A DNA stretch of 64,000 nucleotides from Octopus sinensis (lineage: Eukaryota). Within the stretch, counting starts at the first letter, position 1; each line of letters begins with the position of its first letter. The position numbers and the translations under genes were made by a program. Shown piece after piece: positions 33,871 to 47,426 of the stretch. The notes below the pieces were generated by a model, which was not told the DNA's origin, made no database searches, and saw only the letters and a program-made list of their open reading frames with translations. The stretch lies in NCBI RefSeq assembly GCF_006345805.1, contig NC_043001.1, forward strand, positions 13,950,001 through 14,014,000. The letters are read 5' to 3'.

Positions 33871-34594
33871 GTTTCTCCCATTGCCACCATATAAATTCTC
33901 TATAGAATTTAGGGAAAAAACTAAAAGAACCAGACATTAGTATCGATTGACGATACTGACAAAGATGTATCTCAGTCAGGGCCGAGGATCCTTAATGAAT
34001 CGAGTCCATCTTGCCAGTGGTTTAAGAGCTTTGAATGATTTTAATACAAACGTGCTGGTATAATTTTAAGGACCAGCGGTAGCCAGATAATCTGAGATGT
34101 GAAAGACATACTACTGGCTGAGTGAATAACGTGACGCGATCGTCACGTGCCTGCAACATGTTACTGGAAGAAGTAGATATATAAGAGTAGCTATATATAA
34201 ATAGAGCAATCACACTATCCATTTTCCGATCACACGATGAGCTTGGAATGTATGTATAAATGAAATCTTTACCTTTTCTACTATACACTACAATTGTATA
34301 TTTTTTCCCAACACAATTTCGCTACAGAAAACCACGATATACAATGGAAATTGTTTCCTTTACACACACACACACATTTAAATGTATCTGTGCATATGTA
34401 GAATACATACTAATGCACATACATAAGTGTTAATATCTACATTTCTTCATAGGCATATACATACATGTACAGAACAATGAAATACATGCAAGGCTACCTA
34501 TAAAAGAACGTGCATTAGAATATACACATGCACGTGTGGGTATATTTGTATAGAATCTTTATTTACCTGTCCACATGCATTTGTGTATGCGTGC

Positions 34595-34627
<33 letters not shown>

Positions 34628-34752
34628 GGAGTAAACACATAAATGTGAAACAAGGTGGAAAAAAGAGTACTCAAATACCAGTGGTAGAGTAATATGCTTT
34701 ATTTAAACTCAGAGTAACAGGTTTTGTTGAATTTTCTGCTGCTTTAAATAAA

Positions 34753-34804
<52 letters not shown>

Positions 34805-34834
34805 CACATACAGATATTCAAAATAAGCAACAAC

Positions 34835-35147
34835 GTAATGCAGTACGATCGTTTCATGCGACTCCATTTAATAGAACAATGCAAACATTTACATCAGTTT
34901 ACAAGAGTTACAACTGAGATGTTGTTGGTAAAACATGTTCTTTGTCTATCTCCTTATCCTCTTGGTGATTTGGGATTTTTTAAAAATATACAAATGAGTC
35001 CTTCGAATTTAACTCAATTCTATATTTTTATGCAGCTGAAGATTGCTCTACATTTGAAATTGATGTAAATGTTTGCATTGTTCAATTAAATGGAGTCGCA
35101 TGAAACGATCGTACTGCATTACCTCTGGATATCCTTGTTGCTTATTT
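34835..35147. repeat. Fold-back element, 62-bp arms with 1 mismatch
   Basis: 34835-34896 versus 35061-35122; related short palindrome at about 36790-36880. Confidence 0.85.
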
Positions 35148-35369
35148 GGTTATAATCACCTTATTTTAAATTATATGGATAATACCATACTAAATTCTGG
35201 TGCCTTCAACTTAAGTAGCATATTCATCTGATTCTATATATACAGATAGATAGATAAAGATGTGTCTATGTGTGTTAATAAACTTTATCTGTAAGTATAC
35301 GCTCCGCTGTGTGCGTACAGCGCGTGATACACACTAGTGTGTCGGCGTGTTTCTGTATATCAGCCTGAA

Positions 35370-35371
<2 letters not shown>

Positions 35372-35455
<84 letters not shown>
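35372..35455. repeat. (GT)n microsatellite
   Basis: Direct reading. Confidence 0.95.
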
Positions 35456-35458
<3 letters not shown>

Positions 35459-36189
35459 TGAGGATATAATCATTAAAATGATTAAATCAGTGACCAGTGT
35501 ATTAAAACTACCATATCGGTAAAATTAATATTTAGGTATATAATTATAAATATATAATTACTATGGGACAACGCCAAGAAATAGATGTCAAATATCTACA
35601 AACCACTTTAAATACGTTCTCCTTTTGGTACAAAATTGAATGTGGGGAAATTGGCAAAATTTATGAAATTTCGGACAAGCCGAAGATCTTAAGATATTTC
35701 TTAAGAATTTCGGACAAGAAATCGTAAGAATTTCGGACAAGCAGAAAATCTTAAGATATAATCTTAGGATTTTCTGCTTTGTAATAAAAATTACTTTGCA
35801 GTCATCAGTAAAATATACTGACCATACATAAGTGAAATATATATATATACATACCGATAAATACTTGCGTACAAATACCAATATATACATACATTTCCAA
35901 GATATATATTAGATCTAACCGCCATTATCAGCCATGTGCCTGTTGTCACAATAGTACAGGAGCAAATATAATGATTAGAGAATTCAAATATATATACCAA
36001 AAGGAGAACATATATAGAGTGGTTTGTAAACATTTGACATCTACTTCTAGCGTATTGGCGTTGTCCCTCCATCGCCCTTAACTATAATTATATACTTGTA
36101 ATTGTATACTTAAATATCAATTTTACCGATACGGATGTTACAATACGGGGGTCACTGATTTAATCATTTTAATGATTATATTCTCAATT
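35456..36189. repeat. Fold-back element of about 730 bp with imperfect arms of about 180-190 bp
   Basis: AATTGAGGATATAATCATTAAAATGATTAAATCAGTGACC versus its reverse complement ending at 36189; internal 3x AATTTCGGACAAG. Confidence 0.8.
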
Positions 36190-36192
36190 TAT

Positions 36193-36229
<37 letters not shown>

Positions 36230-36232
<3 letters not shown>

Positions 36233-36435
36233 GTTATATTTCGGAATGGTCATATTGCCAGTTTAGCCAATAAAAACACGCGCACTATATATTTGGTGTT
36301 ATTTTGCTTCAGTGATATTTATTTTTTACATTAATGTAAAAAATAAATATCACTGAAGCAAAATAACACCAAATATATAGTGCGTGTGTTTTTATTGGCT
36401 AAACTGGCAATATGACCATTCCGAAATATAACAAT
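36230..36435. repeat. 206-bp spacerless palindrome
   Basis: Centre ACATT|AATGT between 36332 and 36333; one mismatch seen. Confidence 0.95.
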
Positions 36436-36490
36436 ATCTGTTTCAACACACGACTTCACATAAAAAATCTTGCACAACAAATATTTAAAC

Positions 36491-36577
<87 letters not shown>

Positions 36578-36666
36578 GTGAGAATTTACAAAAAAAAACA
36601 AAAGACGAAGAGGGGTGTGTAAACAACAAACAGATGTATTAGTTTAACACTCGGGAAATGAGAAAT

Positions 36667-36701
36667 TCTTATGTTTCGAGCCGACGCTCTTCGACAGAAA
36701 G
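36667..36701 (-). ncRNA. Variant hammerhead-like motif (core CTGTCGA) in a PLE-type end (about 36580-36770)
   Basis: TTT CTGTCGA A GAGC-GTCG-GCTC GAAA CA TA AGA. Confidence 0.35.
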
Positions 36702-37134
36702 GAACACAGAAATAAACAGGGAGAGAAAATAAAAAAAGGCTTTGTGACTAGTGATATATCATAGCGATATATATATATAAGTAACAAGGATGTCAAGGTA
36801 TCAATGCATTACGGACGATTCAAGCGGCTCCATTTAATCGATCAATGAAACGCCCGTAATGCATTGTTAGGTGGACATCCTTGTATTCACCTGACTTCGA
36901 GCTGCGCGGTCTATACCAAATTGGCTTGGTGCTTTACTTTAAGTACCTAATTCAACTGAATCTTGATTGACAGACAGACAGACAGAAGCAAAGTAGCTAG
37001 TACTAAAATCTCTATAAGGGAGGTAAGTAGTAACAATACTAAAAACTAATGTTTGGTGCCACTTCGACATGGCGGTTCCGTACGGAACTACGATACTACC
37101 ATTTTTTTTACCCCAGGAGTACTTATACATATTA

Positions 37135-37527
37135 TTTTTTCTAGTTTCATCTCAGAGCTGCGGCCATGCTGATGCACCGCCGTTTTGTGCTACACTTTTA
37201 TTACTAAGAGCCTCCTCTAATATGTGGCACTTGGTGAACAAAGGAGTTTGATATAGCTACCCTCATTTGCACCTCTTGCCGTGAGGCAGGATCATCTGGG
37301 ACTCTGGGCAGGAAGAGATCCAGCTTTGATTTAAAAACCGCTACATCTACTTTGTGCAAGTTCCTCAGACTCTTTGGGATAATATTAAAAAGCTGTGGGC
37401 CCTTGAAACCTAGGCTGTTGCAGTAACTGGTCCTGAAACGTGATGGCATTGCTGGGATCTTTGGCACTATGCAGTGTCGTCCCGTTCTAGCATCGGTGTA
37501 GCTTTCAATGCCAAAATTTGGCACAAT
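37135..37527 (-). mobile_element. CR1-clade LINE 3' fragment (second subfamily)
   Basis: FGIESYTDARTGRHC..NSLGFKGPQLFN..FKSKLDLFL..VPDDP; tail GGCGGTGCATCAGCATGGCCGCAGCTC. Confidence 0.85.
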
Positions 37528-38131
37528 ATATATATATATATATATATTCATATATACATTTGCATGTATGTGTATGCAATACCACTACTGTAGCAACTAC
37601 TGATCAACAATGAAGTTTTTCGATTATAAACTAAAGTTTAAATTACATTAGATACTTTAAAATTCGGAAATCTTGACTGTTTACTTTATATAGTCTTCCA
37701 CTAGTATTAGTACAGTGTCTGCCAGTTCCTTCTTAATACAGGAAGATTTTCAGACGTGAAAACAACTGTTAAATGATAAATACAAATGAAATACGAAATA
37801 ATCTTGTTGCGGCTTAGCGTAAATCACAATGACTATATCGTTTCTTTTGTGAGAGGCGAGATAGATAAGATGTTTGAGGAGTGTTGATTTAGACGTGCTG
37901 CGTTGAGTGGATGGAATAAACATGGGAGTGTATGGATGATGCAGGCGATTTTATGGTCGTCTGAATCGCGACAGATACGTTGCGATATCCTCATGGGCAA
38001 TTCTGTGAACATACTCTGCTACATTGCATTCCTGTTTTTATAATATCTACTTTAAGTAGATGTGTAGGTGTGTGTGTGTATGTGCCAGCGTAGTTTGAAG
38101 TTCGATAAGTAGTAAAGCATTTTGTGATTTT

Positions 38132-38172
<41 letters not shown>

Positions 38173-38512
38173 CGTGTGTGTGTGGGCGTATATAGAAAAA
38201 ATATATATATGTATATATTTACATACATACACACATGTGTATATATACATATATATATATGCGTGTGTATATATATGTATATACTTATATATGCATATAT
38301 ATATACTTATATATATATATATAAATATGTATATATATATATTCATACTTACATATATATGTATATATATATATTTACCTATATATTACGGAGATGTACT
38401 TGCATAGCAAGTGACCTGATCTGAGATCGTGTACTGGAACGAAAACAATTGCAGTGTGGAAGGTGTGTTTATTAAATGGCTTATAAACAGCTTCCACGCA
38501 GCAATTGTATCC

Positions 38513-38559
<47 letters not shown>

Positions 38560-38644
38560 GTGGTGTGTGTGTGTGTCTGTGTCTACATAAAAACAAAATA
38601 TATGTATATATATAATACATATATGTATATACATATGTAAGTGT

Positions 38645-38718
<74 letters not shown>

Positions 38719-39304
38719 GAATATACTATCTGGAGTACCCGGTAATTCCCGGGGGTAAATATGTTCTACTGAAACGCCTTATTACTCAGATATAAGAAAG
38801 TAATCTTGTTATAACAAGAAAGAGAGATATGCAAACGGACGTCTTATAATCTGTATGTTTTGAATCAATGTCTTTCTTTTTAACAAAGACTATTACCAAA
38901 AACGCTATTTTTGTTCAATTGAAATTTCGATGCGTTTTTCGGTCAAGCGCTTTCGCTTATCTAACTCCATATATTATTCAACTGTTTGTCTCTTCTTTGT
39001 CACACAGATTAGCCTAAAACACTTGTGTTTGAAAATTTGATCGAACAACGAACGCACTTAGACAAAGTACACACAATACGAACGTTTCTTTCCAAAAATT
39101 TCGTGATATTTTGTTTTTCAAATTCCTCTTAAATATTTAATAACGTTTAAGGAAATCTTTCTTCTACATTATGACTGAATCACGTATATTTTTTATAAGC
39201 TTCATACAGACATTCATTCATACATACGTACTAACAGACAAATATTTATACATCTATAATTTATGTGTGTGGATGTGTTCGTAAAAAAAAATATATATAT
39301 ACAT

Positions 39305-39467
39305 AGGCTTAGGAGTGGCTGTGTGGCAAGTAGCCTGCTTACGAACCACATGGTTCCGGGTTCCTTCCCACTGCGTGGCACCTTGGGCAAGTGTCTTCTA
39401 TTATAGCTTCGGGCTGACCAAATCCTTGTGAGTGGATTTGGTAAACGGAAACTAAAAAAAGCCCGTC

Positions 39468-39505
<38 letters not shown>

Positions 39506-39705
39506 GTGTGTGTATATGTTTGCGTGTCTGTTTGTCCCCCAACATCGCTTGACAACCGGTGGTGGTGCTTTTACGACCCCATAACTTTGCGGTTCGGAAA
39601 AAGAGACCAATAGAATAAGTACTAGGCTTCCAAAGTCCTGGGGTCGATTTGCTCGACTAAAGGCGGTGCTCCAGCATAGCCGCAGTCAAATGGCTGAAAC
39701 AGGAG
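39305..39705 (+). mobile_element. SINE family 2
   Basis: Head-core-microsatellite-tail. Confidence 0.85.
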
Positions 39706-39745
39706 TATATATATATATATGTAAGTATACACACACACACACACA

Positions 39746-39783
<38 letters not shown>

Positions 39784-40373
39784 ATGTTGAAAATCAGTGC
39801 TTATAATCAACTTTCTAATCAACGATATGAATCATTCTACGGATGAATACCCCCCCCCTCATTCCACCAACCTAATGAGGAAATCATTTCTATAAAGAAA
39901 GGCCCAAAGAATGCAACATCAAAAATAGAGTCCTCGTCGAATACCACAAACTGAATGCATCCTAACTAACTTCAAAGCCTGACATTGTGGACGTATACTC
40001 TTAACGAAAAGAGGAGAAACGTTCTTTCCACTAAACACACCAAACTCCAGTCAAATGCAACCCCCCCAAAAAAACACAAGCTCAGAACACAACAGCAAAC
40101 GTCCTCACATACACCGCATGCCATATACATGATAGTCCCCCTTATTACGACCGACCAAAATGAACAGAAACCGCTAACTCCCAAACTGCATCCATGAATC
40201 ATGCAATACCATGGTACAACAGTGCAACAACAAAAACACGCCAACTTAGTAAATTCCTCATCAGGCACAACCCCCACGTACCATTCATCCCCATTTTCCT
40301 TTTCAGTGACCTACTTCTTATTTTATACTGTGTGTAGGTATGTATAATATACTTACATATATACATATATATT

Positions 40374-40436
<63 letters not shown>

Positions 40437-41042
40437 ACACACACACACACACAGGTATGTGGTGTACGTACATATGTATACACACATTCATTTATGGTTT
40501 CTGTCTGACAAATTTCATTTACTAAAATTAGGCAACTCGAGGCTATTGTAGAAGACTTTCCTAAAAGTGCTGCACAGTTTAACGAAGAAGTCAACTGTTA
40601 GGAAAGTGTATTTTTAGGCACATTTCATTGATGGTAACGTTTTCCTACGTTCGCCTAATCTTTCTAATTTAACCCCATAAGGTTCTTTTTCATCAAGCAA
40701 CAAGGATGCATTGAAGGTAATCATCTCGGCTGAGATCATTATTTAGCGCACGGCAATGGTTTGGCGTATATTTACACCGACCGCTTTAACCAGTTCACGG
40801 AGGTGATTCATTCGGTTGTCCGCGCACGGCAACGGAAATCACGCCGATTGAGGTCAGCACTCAGCGAGAGATACCGTTCGGCGAATATTTACGTCAACCG
40901 CTTTAGTGCAAGTACTGTTTATTTACCTACACTATATTCCTGTGCAAGACTCTTATGCGGTATTATTCCTGAATAATTCCTGAGTAATCCTGCGACGGAT
41001 CGGCATCCCGTCCATGTGGGGGAATTTATACGCCACTGAAAC

Positions 41043-41258
41043 CTATTTCTTTATTACCCACAAGGGGCTAAACATAGAGGGGACAAACAAGGACAGATAT
41101 AGGTATTAAGTCGATTACATCAACCCCAGTGCGTAACTGGTACTTAATTTATCGACCTCGAAAGGATGAAAGGCAAAGTCGACCTCGGCGGAATTTGAAC
41201 TCAGAACGTAACAGCAGACGAAATACGGCTACGCTAACGATTCTGCCGGCTCGCCACC
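41043..41258 (-). mobile_element. SINE family 1 (tail A)
   Basis: Head-core-tail A; short flanking duplication GGTTTCAG on the minus strand. Confidence 0.85.
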
Positions 41259-42324
41259 TGAAACCGGGGAGCCGGCCCTTATGAGCCAGCCATGGCACGA
41301 CAAGGAAGCATTTCTTTCTTCATTCTTATATACGTATAGTACTAAAGAAAACAAATCTCTCAGTAGCTGACAAAGCAACTAAACACAGAAATGCCGCTTA
41401 TCTGCTGTACTAACGATCCTGCCGACTCAACTATTTTATAAAATGTATCTCCTAATATAATAATGAGCGTAGTGTTTATATGTGTGTGTGTAAGTGTGTA
41501 TGTGTCCAAAATCACAGAGTAGGAGTAGGACGGAGTAGGAGAAAGAGTAGTAGAAGAGAGGAGAGAAAATAGTAATTCAGTGAAGGAGAAGTAGTGAGAG
41601 TAATAGCCCAGACTGAGAGAGAGTGAGAGAAAATAATAGAGAAAGGAAAGGGGGGACAGATGGAGAAAGGAAGGGGAGATAGATGAATAAGGAAGGAAGG
41701 GGTGAACAATTATCAGCGTTTCAACTGTGTGAATATATGTGTATATGTAAAAGGGAGGTGTGTGTGTGTGCGTGTGTGCCATGGAAATGGGATGGTAAAC
41801 GTTCAACGCTGAAAAAAAATCAAACAGCATTTCAACTCTAAGTATATGTGCATGTATGTACAAGGGAAGTATGTGAATGCTTGTATCTGTGATTATTTTG
41901 TATCTTATATATAAAATGCTACAATTAGCCGTCATTTTTGACGGCACGTGGCCAGCTAGTTAATAATAAAATGCAGTTTGATCCATTAAATACATTGGAT
42001 GGTTAATTGAAATGAATAGCTCAAAGTTTGTAAATCACCATCGGAAATCTTTTTAGTAGATTTTAACTAATTGGTTACAATGTTAAATTTGCTGCAGGTG
42101 AAATTAGAAAAGATAATGTAAATTTATTTATTTGAAACCTACAATAGCTGGAAATGGAATTGGAAAATCGAAGTTATACATTAAATAAAAATGTTTTGAA
42201 TATTTAACTTTACTGATAGTTTCAGACCATTTTCAAAGTTAGAAAGCTAGGAAAATCTGTCTAAAAATTAAAATGATTAATTCTTCCAAGTTTCATTAAG
42301 GGAAACTAAAAATATTGCAGGAAA

Positions 42325-42738
42325 ATTTTCACTCTTTTACTTGTTTCAGTCATTTGACTGCGGCCATGCTGGAGCACCGCCTTTAGTCGATCAAATCGAC
42401 TCCAGGACTTATTCTTTGTAAGCCTAGTACTTATTCTATCGGTCTCTTTGGCCGAACCGCTAAGTTACGGGGACGTAAACACACCAGCATCGGTTGTCAA
42501 GCGATATTAGGGGGACAAAAACACAGACACACAAACGTATACACAGACACATACATATATATATATACATATATACGACAGGCTTCTTTCAGTTTCCGTC
42601 TACCAAATCCACTCGCAAGGCTTTGGTCGGCCCGAGGCTATAATAGAAGACACTTGCCCAAGGTGCCACACAGTGAGACTGAAGCCGAAACCATGAGGTT
42701 CGTAAGCAAGCTACTTACCACACAGCCACTCCTGCGTC
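42325..42738 (-). mobile_element. SINE family 2
   Basis: Full module set. Confidence 0.9.
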
Positions 42739-43254
42739 TAACTTACTACACAGCCACTCCCTACGCCTACTTAGCACACAGCCACTGTTTCATATTCAAA
42801 TTTATATTGTTTTCATATCAAAATTATCTGCAGAAAAATTATGTTATGAAGAGAAGATGAGTCAAATTACGCTAACACAAATGATATAGAAATTACGTAA
42901 AAGTTGGTCTTTTCAAATTTTTCTGTCTGGAAAATTATTATTAATAGAATATTTCTATGACACAGCAATTAATTCCAATTCTTACATTCTAAAGCAACTA
43001 AGGACAAATCGATTTGTGACGTACGACGCAGTGAAATTCAAACAAACATCACAAATGGAAAATGAAGTTTCGGAACTATCGAAATAAAGAATGGATTTCG
43101 TTACATATTTTATGAGATAAACAGCAAAATTCATTTATTTATATGTAGCTTAATTAAAACTTTCAGAATCATATAATACTGCGAGAAGTCACAGAGTGCT
43201 TGATTAAATATATTCTTACAAATTAATTACGTTAATTTACACTCTGAGACGTCG

Positions 43255-43660
43255 TTTACATTATTCACATTTGACGGATATTTTTCCTCATCTTGTTTCT
43301 TGTTCGCACAACTTTTCGGCTGATATACCCTCCAGGCTTCATCAGGTGTCTTGGTGAAATTTCGAACCTGGCTTCTCATTCCTAAGGTATTTTTCGATGG
43401 TTTTATCATTACTATTATTATTATACTAGCCCCCAGGATTCCGAGTTCTATTCCAAGCAGTGACCTGAACAATAATAATAGTAATGATAAAACCATCGAA
43501 AAATACCTTAGGAATGAGAACCCGGGTTTGAAATTTCCCCAAGATACCTGATGAAGCCTGGAGGGTATATCAGCCGAAACGTTGTGTTAACAACAAACAA
43601 GATGAAAACTATCCGTCAATTGTAAATAATGTACATAATTCCTCATCTCTTAAATATAGA
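43255..43660. mobile_element. Palindromic PLE-derived element with hammerhead motifs in both arms
   Basis: Arms about 43255-43422 and 43471-43635, 48-nt spacer; plus-arm motif AGATAC CTGATGA(43548) AGCCTG..CAGCC GAAA CG TT GTGTT. Confidence 0.75.
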
Positions 43661-45799
43661 ACTCAATGAATCGTTTAGACCGCCGGTCTGGGATGCCGAT
43701 GAGAGAGAGAGAGAGAGTGAAGGGGGGAATAATATTAAAACCAATAGAAAAGGGTATTTTTACTTGAAGGACACAAAGAAACGTACGAGACGCATTATTG
43801 AATTTTATAATAAAGTAAAGAAGAATATATCCGCATCATGAAAGTGGCTGGTACTCTTTTATTTGTTTTACTCCAAAAGATAAACTCATTCAAAATAATA
43901 AAGAAAAGCAGCACAAAAATATGTGGATTTCCAGAAGTGATATCAAGACAGATTCATAAAATTATTTTAGCTTCTTTTCAGCATGACTAAATCATCTTTT
44001 TAAGCGATTGAAACCGGTAGCATATTTTGAAACAATGTAAATATTTTCTTCCTCTTATCAATGATAAAATTCTCAAAGCGTTCTCTTTTTGTTTCTTAAA
44101 GACAGTGGTGTGTAAAGGCGCGTGCGTGTGTGTGCATGTATGTATATGTTTGTAGATGTAAATGTATGTATGAACATATATATGTATGCATATTTACGCA
44201 TGTATATATATGTGTGTGTGTGTGTGTGTGTGAATATTAACATATATGAAAATAGTGAATGTTAATCGTCTGGAAAAATGTTTAAGTGGAAGTTTTTTTA
44301 CTTCCTTGTCAGGAGTGAAGAGCAATACCTTTGAGGTTAGTCAGAGAGATGTCCTCGTGATAGAGACAGAACCAGTAGATGCAAAGGAGTGACCTCTGCT
44401 ATGAATGATCCCAGAATCAAATCCTTGGTGTTAAATTGGTTAATAGGGTAAGCCTACCAACCATATAGGCTATAGTAAGATTTGAAATCAGACCGACGTA
44501 AAATCCCGGAATAAATATCACTTGGTTTCCTTCCGGCCACACTACCGTTTTCGACACAATGAAACCAAAGATGATTGATTTTGGAAGCTTGGAAATCACT
44601 TTTGGCCTTGGTGGAATTTGAACACTTAACGAAACATATGTCGCAAGATATTCCTCCGATTCACTGTCCACAGGCACTGACGACTCGCCACCGATTGTAA
44701 AGAAACGTTGGACGGAGTGGTGATGGGCGACGGGTATATTGGATAGAGACTATATGACATTTGATAAGAGATGGAACTTTCTGCCATTATCAGCAATTCT
44801 TAACAGTTTGAATCCTTCCACTATAGAGTTGTTCATAAGAGAAATATGTTCCGTTTTTGTTAGTTAAATGTCTTTATTGACAAAGACTTGTGCATGTAAT
44901 ACAACTACAGGTAAGTACATAATAACATTTTTTTCAACAGAGTCGGAATTGCTTTGCCATTCTTCGATATGCTGACTGTTAGTGAACGCACAGACGACAT
45001 GCTCTGCCGGTGATAACGATTGACCAAACATGCGCTGCTATTCATTCCGAACGCTTTGGAAACAAAGACGTTTTTCTCTCCATATCTTCCTCACTTCCCC
45101 CTTCTCTCTCCTCGCTCTCCTCTCTGCTCTTTTATTTCCTAACTTTTAACTTTTTATGTTGATATCTTCTTCAATCTGCATCGTATTATATTTTCTCTTT
45201 TTCAAACTTTAGACTTATTGTTATCTTTTTCCAAATGTCAATTCTCTTCTGCGTTCCTTTGTGTCGTTAATAATTCCAATTTCAATTTGTTTTTTTGTTT
45301 TTTTCTGCTCAGGAATAACTTGAGTTTTATAGATTTTCTCAATTATTGTCTGTTTATTCCCCCCCCCCCCCCCCACGAACTATTGAACACCCGCGTTAAG
45401 GAAAAAGTAAGAAGTTACTGCTTTAAGAGACGTGCACATTTTGTTTTACTGTTTTTACTTCTTTTATGTAAGAATATGTGAGCTGAGGAAGAAATATGAT
45501 AGAATACATGAAAGAAAATATAAAAGACAAGATTTTTGGCCTTATCTTTAGTTTGTAGCAGGTTGTATCTATTCGCTGAGGGTTTTGTTATTTTACAAGA
45601 ATACTCCGTTGTATTTGGCTCTAGTGAAAAAATCGTTAAAGTTAAAGACACGTGTTCGGCAACCATTCTTTCTTTCAGAGTGTTATCAATCACTATAGGA
45701 CGTTGGAAGCGCTACTGACATACAATTGACTACACGGAAGATCGTGACAATAAACCAAATTATCGAACTCTTAGTACAGACAAGAAAAGGAAACATTTT

Positions 45800-47133
45800 G
45801 TTTTGTTTCGAAAAATAACAAATTTTTGTAGTAAAAAAGATGTCTATTTTTATTAGAAAAAGCAACGACATATTAAAGATCCGTGTTCTCGTTTTTATTT
45901 TCTTAATTTTCTTAATGCAAACTCGCAACACTTATGGGAAAATATTGAATTTTTAAAAAAAAAAACAGTAAAAAGCTAATGAAGAACGTGTAAGAACTCA
46001 CACGATCGACAAAGGGTATCAGCTAAATCTCTGTAAAATTATTCTCTAGACACATAGTTTTTAGTGTTTTATACCCAATATGATTGTGAAGAAGAAGAAA
46101 TTGAATCAGCAGTTATATCTGTGCTAATAAGCAAGCTCGGTCGGGGTTGAGAACAACAACAACATTGATAAGTTTCTGACAACAAAAAAAGCAACCTTTT
46201 TTCTTTTTAGGATTTTTTAAATTTTATTTTTATGTCATCTAGTTTCAGCTCACGAGCTGTGGCCATGCTGGGGTACCGCCATTTGGTGTTGCTACACAAT
46301 TTTACTTCACGAACGCTTGACAACCGATGCTGGTGTGTGTGTTTACGTCCCCGTAATCTAGCGGTTCGGCAAAAAGAGACCGATAGAATAAGTAGTAGGC
46401 TTCCAAAGAATAAGTCCTGGGGTCCGATTTGCTCGACTAAAGGTGGTGCTCCAGCATGGCCGCAGTCAAATGACTGAAACAAGTAAGCAAGAAAGAACAT
46501 CTTTAGTCAGCAGGTAAATAAACGGCACTAAATGTTGCAGGAAAATTCATCTTATTTTCTACTCCTTCTGCGACTCCAACACTTTTCTAAATTATTGATA
46601 GTTTTCGAATACTTATCGGCTTTTCAATCTATTTGAAGTCTACTTCCTAAAAGTGATCAATGCGAGATCATGTTTTCCTTTTTCATTATAATCGTGCTTT
46701 GTTACAGCTGCTAATTTTAATTTATTAATGGTAAATGAATTGTCTGTCATCGTCATGAGAAATTAGTATCAAAGCACTTTACATGATGTAACGGTTGTTG
46801 AACCCTTTTCATACAAAAGTAACGTTGATTCAATAAATATCAGACAATCAGTCGAGAGCTCTTGATTTATATACAAGAATCGGTATTGTGCGGTGTCCAT
46901 ACAATACTGAAGACGTTTTATTCTCAAATGATCTATATTCATACAAATAGCTATTGAGGAGACCCCTTTTGGTCATGAATGACCATGGGATTTTCCCATA
47001 AGTGTTGCGAGTTTGCATTAAGAAAATTAAGAAAATAAAAACGAAAACACGGATCTTTAATATGTCGTTGCTTTTTCTAATAAAAATAGACATCTTTTTT
47101 ACTACACAAATTTGCTATTTTTCGAAACAAAAC
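45800..47133. repeat. 144-bp inverted repeat pair about 1.05 kb apart
   Basis: 45800-45943 versus 46990-47133, about 3 mismatches by eye. Confidence 0.85.
46225..46490. mobile_element. CR1 3' tail (minus, about 46225-46310) abutting the 3' half of a SINE family 2 copy (plus, about 46313-46490)
   Basis: Tail hairpin CAGCT-CGTG-AGCTG on the minus strand; SINE tail ends AAACAAGTAAG. Confidence 0.7.
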
Positions 47134-47135
47134 CA

Positions 47136-47426
47136 AGTTACCCTCTCAGGCACAAGTCCGGGCAAGTTTGTTTGTGGAAGACCACCAGTCGCCCGTGCAT
47201 ACCAGCCTCCCCTCTGCACACCACTGATGTTATCCAAGAGAAAGGCAAAGGGGCCGATACAGCTTGGTACCAGTGATGTCGCAACTCATTTCTACAGCTG
47301 AGTATCAGGAGCAACGTGAAATAAAGTGTCTTGCTCAAGAACACAACACAGCCCAGTCCGGGAATCGAACTCACAATCTCACGATCGTAAGCTCGACGCT
47401 CTAACTATTGAGCCATACGCCTTCAC
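47136..47426 (-). mobile_element. SINE family 4 (tRNA head, TTGAGCAAGACACTT V/CORE-like box)
   Basis: GAAGGCGTATGGCTCAATAGTTAGAGCG..GAGTTCGATTCC A/B boxes. Confidence 0.75.

Noticed and set aside
35061-35122. Hammerhead in the 62-bp-arm fold-back (GAAACGATCGTA)
   Set aside because: Palindromic helix III is present, but there is no CUGANGA box adjacent to a stem II and no stem I
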